Positions 57,250 to 64,000 of a stretch of DNA of 64,000 nucleotides are shown here, in pieces. The notes under the pieces were generated by a model. The model ran no database searches. It was not told the DNA's origin and saw only the letters and a list, made by a program, of their open reading frames with translations. Each line of letters starts with the position of its first letter. The stretch's first letter is position 1. Source of the stretch: a virus; IMG/VR virus record IMGVR_UViG_3300009365_003824, positions 32,001 through 96,000 of that record; one strand, 5' to 3'. The position numbers were made by a program, and so were the translations under genes.

Positions 57250-57837
57250 TGCCTGAGAATCCTTAGAGAGCTTTTTTAAAATTTTCCACTTGGTATCGGT
57301 TGCACACTCAATAAGCTGAATAGGCTTCCATATCATGTGATGTGGGCTTTTTAAATAACGCTGCTCAGCCTCTCCCTCTGTCATGTAGTCCAGACATGCC
57401 TCTTGAGCTAATAGCCTCTTAGTGTGCTTCTTAGCGTTTTTAATTAAATCTATGGCTTGAGGCATAGTCAAATGCTGAATTACATGCACACAACAAGCTA
57501 AATCAAACTGTCCTATGTCCCAATTATCCTCGACCAAATGGAATTTCACATTATCTGAGGCGTAATTTTTAGAGGCGTAATCCACCCTAGCAGCAGTGAT
57601 GTCAATTCCAACGTAGGATTTAAAAGGCAAGATGGCTGAATATCTGCCATATCCACACCCTATTTCCAGAATCCTTTTCCCTGCTGTCTCTTTTTTAAGC
57701 CATTCCACAGCGTCAGAATTGACCCCATCAAGGTGAGCATCATTATTAAAGAGGCGAACCACCCCATTCAGAGCTTTTTCAGTTCTTGCATTGAAGTCTT
57801 CAACTATGTCGTAGTCTCGACCTGTCCAAATACTCAT
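57226..57837 (-). CDS. class I SAM methyltransferase
   Basis: ILEIGCGYGR, YVGID, FDL...HVIQHL. Confidence 0.9.
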   Translation of the reverse strand: MSIWTGRDYDIVEDFNARTEKALNGVVRLFNNDAHLDGVNSDAVEWLKKETAGKRILEIGCGYGRYSAILPFKSYVGIDITAARVDYASKNYASDNVKFHLVEDNWDIGQFDLACCVHVIQHLTMPQAIDLIKNAKKHTKRLLAQEACLDYMTEGEAEQRYLKSPHHMIWKPIQLIECATDTKWKILKKLSKDSQALIEPVRC

Positions 57838-58310
57838 TGTTTAACCCACTTTTTATTGCCATCCCTTAAAAAAGGGAAATAGTCCGATTTGATGCCCAAA
57901 AATTCATACAATAATTGCAAGTATGGTTCTCTTAAAAAAAGGAATGTTTCGTAAGACCATATGAAACAATTTCTGGTTTCCATGAGTTTGTGCATCATTT
58001 GTCTTGCTGTTTCGTTGTGCTTTTGAATATCTTCAATAAGCTCAGAATGCTTTTTTTCTTTTGAAAGTGAAACGCAATTCATATCCCTAGTGCATAAAAT
58101 GAATTTGCAAGGCTCTTTAAATTCATCTAATGGGGGGTAGTGCTTCTCTTTTCCACCATACGGCAAAGAACGATGACAAACCTTGTCGCCCCTTTTATTT
58201 GATTTACTCCAGAAACGACCATTGTAATCTTTGACCCCTATCGCTGTGGCGATTGTCTTGGCAATTAAAGTACTGCCACTACTCTCTGGACCTAAAACTA
58301 CGAAATTCAT
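57834..58310 (-). CDS. sulfotransferase-like protein
   Basis: VLGPESSGS..I, CTRD, WSYE, LYEFLG, DGN.K. Confidence 0.65.
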   Translation of the reverse strand: MNFVVLGPESSGSTLIAKTIATAIGVKDYNGRFWSKSNKRGDKVCHRSLPYGGKEKHYPPLDEFKEPCKFILCTRDMNCVSLSKEKKHSELIEDIQKHNETARQMMHKLMETRNCFIWSYETFLFLREPYLQLLYEFLGIKSDYFPFLRDGNKKWVKQ

Positions 58311-58630
58311 TAAAATAAATTGCCTTGAACAAATTTAGGGGCGGGAGGAGCTTCTGGTTGTTCTGCGGGTGGGGGCGATCCTGCTGGTTCGGGTTCATCT
58401 CTTGGTCCTTCAAGTAAATACGTGCCACTCATTTTTCTCATTTTGGCAAGTGCTCTACCAGGAGCACGTTCCGCCCATGCCCTGAATCTGTGATTTGCGT
58501 ATGTAAAAGCAGCATCAGTGGCGTAGACGTATCTTTCTCCACGGATATAAACTGTCACCCGACCATCACTAGACCATGATGCAAAGACTATTGGTGCCCG
58601 CGCCTCTAAAAACTGCTTGAATGTTCGCAT
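58310..58630 (-). CDS. protein with capsid-targeting-like N-terminus
   Basis: MRTFKQFLEAR. Confidence 0.7.
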   Translation of the reverse strand: MRTFKQFLEARAPIVFASWSSDGRVTVYIRGERYVYATDAAFTYANHRFRAWAERAPGRALAKMRKMSGTYLLEGPRDEPEPAGSPPPAEQPEAPPAPKFVQGNLF

Positions 58631-58849
58631 TTATTTCTTCAACAACCTCAATAGTCGCTTTAACAACCTGTTGTTTTCTTTCAATAATTTGTTGTGTTCT
58701 TCTAGTAGCTCTAATAATTCTGATTTAAGATTTGGCATTTTAAATTCAGTTTCGGTTGGCTTTGCTGATTCCATTTTTGTAGATTCTAAGAGTTCTAAAG
58801 GTGATTTTAATTGCTTCAATGGCGATTGTGTTATATTTGTTATATTCAT
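58631..58849 (-). CDS. small coiled-coil protein
   Basis: ATGA-coupled to the endonuclease; leucine heptads. Confidence 0.5.
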   Translation of the reverse strand: MNITNITQSPLKQLKSPLELLESTKMESAKPTETEFKMPNLKSELLELLEEHNKLLKENNRLLKRLLRLLKK

Positions 58850-60309
58850 GCAGTATATATCAAACCACACAAAACTTCTGACTCCGTAATTTCTAATTTA
58901 TCACGACATGCCTGCCGTATTGCTTTATACTGATTTACTTCTTTTGGTGGTTCTGAGAAAGATGGAGTTTGTCCACTGAAAAAACTGTCAAGAATTTCAG
59001 GGATGCGTTCCTGATCCCAAAAAGGAATATAAAGGATAGGAATATTACGTTGTTTTAGATATTTAAGTTTGCGGTGGTCACGTTTGATATATGAATAAAG
59101 GTTTTTGTACTTGGTGTTGTGCTTGCCACCAAAATAAACAGGAATGTAATGCGGTTCTCCTTGATACTCAATCAATCCTTTTTCGGTAGCAAAATCAAAT
59201 CGTAAATTTCCAATTGAAGATTTTTTAAATCTGAATTGTGGTTTGAATATGATTTGGTTTTGTTCAAGGTATTCATAAATTATTTTTTCATTTCGAGATG
59301 TTTTACATTTATGACACCTCTTACCTTGTTTAAAATTACTAAAACGAATCTCTGATTTATTGCCGCACTTACAAATATAAGGCATAGATGTATTATTGCC
59401 AATATACTCCGTAGCAAGTAGTTTACACCCCCCATCAGCAAAATATTGTTTGACATATTCAAAGGAATGTTTCAATGATTTTGCTATTTTATTATTACCA
59501 CAATTCCTGCACCTATGACCTACCTTAAAACTACCAAAACTAATTTTTGATTCATTACCACATTCACAAATATAAGGCATTGGAGCATCTTTGCCAGTAT
59601 ATTCTGTGGCAAGTAATTTACATCCATGATCCTCAAAATATTGTTTGACACACTCAAAGGAATGTTTATTTAATTGGCTTAGCCTCCTATTGCTGCATTT
59701 TTTACACCTTTGACCTTGTTGCAAATTATAGAATCTAATTTTTGATTCATTACCACATTCACAAATATAAGGCATGGAAGTACCACTGTTTTTATATTCC
59801 GTAGCAAGAAGTGTACATCCACGATCTTCAAAGTATTTTTTTACATATTCAAGGGAGTGTTTTTGTGATTTGACCATCTTTTTAGTGCCGCACTCTCTGC
59901 ACCTATGACCTGCCTTAAAATTACTAAAACGAATTTTTGATTCATTACCACACTCACAAATATAAGGCATTGGTGTACTCGTGTCGATATATTCGTGTTT
60001 CTCAACAAGAAGTGTACACCCTTGGTTTATGAAATGTTGTCTCATTTCTTCAAAAGATGTTCTGCGTGCAAGACCACTCTTTTCAATTCCACAGAGTTTA
60101 CACCTTTTCCCATGTTGAAAATTGTTGAAATTGATTTCTGATTTATTGCCACATTCACAAATGTAAGGCATTGAAACATTAGCATTAATATATTCCACAG
60201 CAAGAAGTTCACATCCATGATTCTCAAAATATTTTTTTACATATTCAAAAGTTAATTTTTTCAAAATCCACACTTGCCTCACTATATAAATTATGGTAAA
60301 ATACGCCAA
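58846..60309 (-). CDS. homing-type endonuclease: five ~65-aa zinc-ribbon repeats plus a Vsr/DUF559-like nuclease
   Basis: 5x Y...GC.LL..EY.....MPYICECGN.S.I.F..F..G.RC..C; S..EK.I..QFRF..LRFDF..LIEYQG..H; start uncertain. Confidence 0.8.
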   Translation of the reverse strand: MAYFTIIYIVRQVWILKKLTFEYVKKYFENHGCELLAVEYINANVSMPYICECGNKSEINFNNFQHGKRCKLCGIEKSGLARRTSFEEMRQHFINQGCTLLVEKHEYIDTSTPMPYICECGNESKIRFSNFKAGHRCRECGTKKMVKSQKHSLEYVKKYFEDRGCTLLATEYKNSGTSMPYICECGNESKIRFYNLQQGQRCKKCSNRRLSQLNKHSFECVKQYFEDHGCKLLATEYTGKDAPMPYICECGNESKISFGSFKVGHRCRNCGNNKIAKSLKHSFEYVKQYFADGGCKLLATEYIGNNTSMPYICKCGNKSEIRFSNFKQGKRCHKCKTSRNEKIIYEYLEQNQIIFKPQFRFKKSSIGNLRFDFATEKGLIEYQGEPHYIPVYFGGKHNTKYKNLYSYIKRDHRKLKYLKQRNIPILYIPFWDQERIPEILDSFFSGQTPSFSEPPKEVNQYKAIRQACRDKLEITESEVLCGLIYTA

Positions 60310-60323
60310 AAGGAGAAATTACC

Positions 60324-61484
60324 ATGTATTTACAAGAACTGAACGGTATTCTACCCGCTCAAAAAGTAAAAATCAAGTATGACTGCAATGGTGGATTTGA
60401 ACGTTGTGGTCAAGAGTGGGAGCTTAAATTAAAGGATGCTCAAAAGAATTTTAAGAAGAATGAAGGAAAACACATTTGTCGAAAGTGTACGCTACGACAA
60501 AAAAATCCGATGTTCGACAAAAAGAACGTTGAAAAGATCAAAAAGACTAATTTAGAAAGGTATGGAACTGAACACCCGCTAAATTCTGAAGAACACATCC
60601 AAGAACGCCGGGAACAACTCAAAGATCCAGAATTCAAGAAGAAATGGTTGGCAAAACACCGGCAAACATCACTTGAGAAGTATGGTGTCGAACACCATAT
60701 GAAGAGTGAAGTCTCAAAAGAAAATCAAAGAAAATCAATGAGAGAGAAGTATGGTGTAGATTACCCATATCAATCCGAAGAGATTATGGCCAAAATGAAA
60801 AAACGTAATTTGGAAAAGTATGGAGTAGAAAATGCAGCATCTCGACCAGAAGTTCAAATTAAAATGGCAAAGACGAGATTAGAAAAATATGGAGTAGAGC
60901 ATTATAATCAATTACCAGAAATGAGAGAATATTTAAGAGAACACTGTACAGAATGGCTGGCTGAAAGTTATAAAAATCCGTGGGCCAAAGGAATTACGAG
61001 GCCAGAGGAATGGAATCAGAAACAGAGGGAAACGGTTGCTAAACTTATTACCGAAGGCAATTGGCCAGGAGGATTTGTGTCTAATTGTCGAGGAAGATAT
61101 AAAGCAAAAAAATGTAAAAAAGAAAACCCTCGGTTTCTATCTGGTTTAGAATTGCAAATGCACTTTTTTTTAGACAATCATCCAGATGTAGAATGGTATA
61201 ATTATGAGTCTTTTGCTATTCCCTATTTAGATCAAGATGGCAAACAGCATCTATACTTTCCTGACTTTTTAGTTAAATATAAAAATGATCCATTAGAACA
61301 CATTATTGAGACTAAAACATGGAAAGATAAGGATTCAATTACTGTGAAGTTAAAACATGACGCAGCAGTTGATTATGCAAATGAACGGAGCATGACATAT
61401 ACAATTTTATTTGATGAAGATGTGCAAGAATTGGGAATAGATTTAGAAAGTGTTAAAAATTTACCAGTAGTTGAATTATATTAA
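60324..61484 (+). CDS. homing-type endonuclease: EKYGV repeats plus a TnsA-N-like nuclease
   Basis: repeated (L)EKYGV(E/D); S.LE..YESF.IPY...H.Y.PDFLV..IIETK. Confidence 0.8.
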   Translation: MYLQELNGILPAQKVKIKYDCNGGFERCGQEWELKLKDAQKNFKKNEGKHICRKCTLRQKNPMFDKKNVEKIKKTNLERYGTEHPLNSEEHIQERREQLKDPEFKKKWLAKHRQTSLEKYGVEHHMKSEVSKENQRKSMREKYGVDYPYQSEEIMAKMKKRNLEKYGVENAASRPEVQIKMAKTRLEKYGVEHYNQLPEMREYLREHCTEWLAESYKNPWAKGITRPEEWNQKQRETVAKLITEGNWPGGFVSNCRGRYKAKKCKKENPRFLSGLELQMHFFLDNHPDVEWYNYESFAIPYLDQDGKQHLYFPDFLVKYKNDPLEHIIETKTWKDKDSITVKLKHDAAVDYANERSMTYTILFDEDVQELGIDLESVKNLPVVELY

Positions 61485-61516
61485 AAAAAGAACCCCAGCA
61501 TTTTGCTGAGGTTCTT
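61483..61516 (-). terminator. terminator after the major capsid gene
   Basis: AAGAACCCCAGCA/TGCTGAGGTTCTT stem with a T-run on the minus strand. Confidence 0.8.
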
Positions 61517-61557
61517 ATTATTTATCGTCGTAAGTCCTTGTCTAGCAAGGAGTTCCG

Positions 61558-63033
61558 TCAAATCACAAAATTGGCAATCGAGAGGCGTGCGTAGAATTTA
61601 GCACCTTCTCTCAAAAGTTTTTTACCATATCTCGTTAAAATACCTTTTCTTGGGCAAAAATTCTCTGGGTCCAGAACCACTGGGGTCTGTGTCAGGGGGA
61701 CGTATGGTAGGTAAAAATACCCAGCATCCATATAACTGTCGCCCTTGTAACCCATTAAAATCTGCCCTTGCGGGAAGAGCGGATCTTTGTATAATCTCCA
61801 GCGAGAATTTACTGTTCCGACGTATTGAATACCCAAGGAACTTGTGAATGTCTCGGAAGGAGCGGGTGCGAAACCAGCAGTTGCGGTTTCAAAAATGGAG
61901 GCTACTTCAGGAGAAGTTACCAACCAGTTGCAACCACCACGCAGAGTTTTACGGTGAACAACATTTGAAACTTCTACGACCTTGACATACAAGGATTCGT
62001 ATTTTTCTTTAATTGTGTCACCAAGCGCGGTATTGAAATCCCAGGAGGAAATTGTGCCAGCGTTGTTTCTCAGGTCAGTGAGAACTTCACGGTCGATTTC
62101 CAAGTTAATTTCCTGAGCCAAGATAGCAGTTAATTCTGCTTCGGCGTCAAGATTGTGCTGAGATCGCAGGTCTTGCTGAGCTTCGTAGCTCCAAACGGCC
62201 TTCAATTTACGAGTCTTGGCTGCAACTTCTTCGGATTCGATAACCATGTTGATCTCAGGAAGATCAGGGTTACATTCCATGTTGTACTCATAATTTACAA
62301 GCACATAGTTTTCGCCAGGACCAGCCCCGCCACCACCAGTGTCAGACCACTGGACAACAACTTCACCCGTTGTAAGGTCCATTGAGGAACCTGTAGCAAC
62401 TGGGGTATAGTCGGGGGAGCCAATTGTTGTAAATGTAAACGCACCATTTTCACCAACACCAAAAGTAGCGACTGCGGTTGTGCCATCAAAGACGGTACCT
62501 GTCATGCTACCAGCGAGGATTGGGGTGTGTTCAAGCGGAGCATAAACACTAACCATATCCAAGCCATCATCCTGAGAGCTAGTCTCGTTCTGGATGAACT
62601 GGTGGGAGTAGTAAATATCCAAGTTTGCATCACCAGATGCCAACTGTTGGAGGGTGTTTACATCGTCATCTGGATAGCCAGCGTTATTATCAGCACCACG
62701 GGTGGCACCTTTATTGCTGGAGTATCTAAATCTCAGGTAGTAAACCAAACCAGTTGGGCCAAGTAGCGGTTGAACGGAAACAATTTTATTTGCGATCAAC
62801 TGCGGATAAATTCTACGGACCAACGGAATAGAAATTCTTTTGAACTGGGCGATGTCGCCAGTATCAGTAGAGACTTCGTTGAACAATCTCTGGTTTTCCA
62901 GAAGAACAGCAGTGCAAGAGCGGGTATAGTCATCATCTAAATCGCCTTTGACGCTCTTCAGCAAACCTGTTTTGTTCCAGAAGCCTTCGCATTCTTTTGC
63001 TTCGTTAAGAAGCCTTGAATTGCCACTAAACAT
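61558..63033 (-). CDS. major capsid protein, T4 gp23 family
   Basis: IPLVRR.YP.LIA..IVSVQP..GPTGL, AKTRKLKA.WS.EA.QDL...H.LDAEAEL..IL..EI..EIDRE, DAGYFY.PYVPL, P.KG..TRYG. Confidence 0.95.
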   Translation of the reverse strand: MFSGNSRLLNEAKECEGFWNKTGLLKSVKGDLDDDYTRSCTAVLLENQRLFNEVSTDTGDIAQFKRISIPLVRRIYPQLIANKIVSVQPLLGPTGLVYYLRFRYSSNKGATRGADNNAGYPDDDVNTLQQLASGDANLDIYYSHQFIQNETSSQDDGLDMVSVYAPLEHTPILAGSMTGTVFDGTTAVATFGVGENGAFTFTTIGSPDYTPVATGSSMDLTTGEVVVQWSDTGGGGAGPGENYVLVNYEYNMECNPDLPEINMVIESEEVAAKTRKLKAVWSYEAQQDLRSQHNLDAEAELTAILAQEINLEIDREVLTDLRNNAGTISSWDFNTALGDTIKEKYESLYVKVVEVSNVVHRKTLRGGCNWLVTSPEVASIFETATAGFAPAPSETFTSSLGIQYVGTVNSRWRLYKDPLFPQGQILMGYKGDSYMDAGYFYLPYVPLTQTPVVLDPENFCPRKGILTRYGKKLLREGAKFYARLSIANFVI

Positions 63034-63065
63034 ATTTAATATCTCACTTATTTGCTAAGAAGAAA

Positions 63066-63980
63066 TCATTTACTAATGCCAGCCAACTTTTGGGCAAGCT
63101 CTAGATCCATGTCAAAGTCTTCATTTAATTTTTGTTGATCATCTTCGTTTACGGCAGGTACTTCCGGTTCTCCACCTTCGCTGATAATCTTTTCGTCGTT
63201 TTCAAGAACGACCTGTCCTCTCCCCGTTGCATTCGCTGCCTGTTCAACTCTTTCTTTCTGTTCATTTAGCGTACGTGTATCCCGAAGGAGTCCCGCCGCC
63301 TCATTTAACTGTGATTGCATCTTGGTGTTTTCAGTTGAAAGGCGAATATTTCGACCTTCCATCATCTTCACCTGTGCTTTAAGTTTCTCAGCCTCAGACT
63401 GAGATTCTTCTAACTTTTTGCCAGTGGCAAATTGTATGTCTTCCTCAGATAAGTAATCTGATGTTAAATCTACAATCTTATCGAGAACAACTTTATGCTC
63501 GGCCATCAACGGATCGTTGGTAGCGTCTCTGTATGCTTGTTCGTAAATTTCTCGACCCTTAAGTTGCAGGAATTGATCAACTTTCTCTACGATATAAGTC
63601 TTCATATCGTTGAGTTTGCTTTCATATTCCTCATACATTGTGGATTCTATATCACTGTTTTTACCGCGTTCTTCGAGAATCATCTTGTAGGCTTCTTCAT
63701 ATTGTTCCTCAAGCATACCCTCGAATTCTTCGCGCATAGCTTCTTGTCTGTTTTGTTGTTCTTGAATGACTGCCCAAGCCTCACGGTAGCCTTCTTCAGC
63801 TACTTTTTCAGCTTCAGCAAGTTCTTTCGACAACTGCGTATATGCCTCATCCAAGTTCTTCTGGTATTCTGCCTCAAGTTCTTTTTTGGACTCATCTAGC
63901 ATTTCTTGGACAGCAGAAGCTACGTCCTTTACTTGATCTTCCGGTAGAACTTTTTTAAGAGCTTCTTGTATCTTATCCAT
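63066..63980 (-). CDS. prohead core scaffold protein, T4 gp22-like
   Basis: acidic coiled coil immediately upstream of the MCP; many LNE/ISE protease-type sites. Confidence 0.75.
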   Translation of the reverse strand: MDKIQEALKKVLPEDQVKDVASAVQEMLDESKKELEAEYQKNLDEAYTQLSKELAEAEKVAEEGYREAWAVIQEQQNRQEAMREEFEGMLEEQYEEAYKMILEERGKNSDIESTMYEEYESKLNDMKTYIVEKVDQFLQLKGREIYEQAYRDATNDPLMAEHKVVLDKIVDLTSDYLSEEDIQFATGKKLEESQSEAEKLKAQVKMMEGRNIRLSTENTKMQSQLNEAAGLLRDTRTLNEQKERVEQAANATGRGQVVLENDEKIISEGGEPEVPAVNEDDQQKLNEDFDMDLELAQKLAGISK

Positions 63981-64000
63981 CGAATAACCTCGCTTTAAGT

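Noticed and set aside
1-64000. tRNA, rRNA, IS or integrase features
   Set aside because: None recognised by eye; tRNAscan-SE and Infernal would be needed to exclude small RNAs

Overview
This is a 64-kb segment of a large, AT-rich, T4-superfamily (jumbo-like) myophage genome that uses the standard genetic code. It holds a gp23-type major capsid gene, a gp22-like scaffold, a gp13-like neck gene and a second, shortened gp23 paralogue. Genes are dense and switch strand often, with TA(T/A)ATA boxes between divergent starts. Accessory content: a large glycan-modification set (5 GT2, GT9, RmlA, HldD-like, 4 sulfotransferases, a capsule-type sugar cluster with one gene broken by a 32-bp duplication); four DNA methyltransferases with nuclease partners, including an Hpy188I-like GIY-YIG enzyme; homing-type endonucleases; UDG, Nudix, Prim-Pol, McsA, a subtilisin, a thioredoxin and a PAS-PAS protein. 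The best candidate for an undescribed system is 52246-57249: a methyltransferase-fold gene, a YeeB-like SF2 helicase, and three coupled genes built from 12 copies of a ~57-aa helicase-associated (HA)-like repeat with a hypervariable middle. All three start with the same 20-aa peptide, which looks like the missing last helix of the helicase's truncated HA domain, suggesting swappable, modular DNA-specificity subunits. A second strong signal is a family of about 16 proteins that begin with a T4 capsid-targeting-like peptide (M-x-x-F-x-x-W/F-x-x-E). All product calls come from motif recognition by eye; no searches were run. A Planctomycetota-like host is only a tentative inference.
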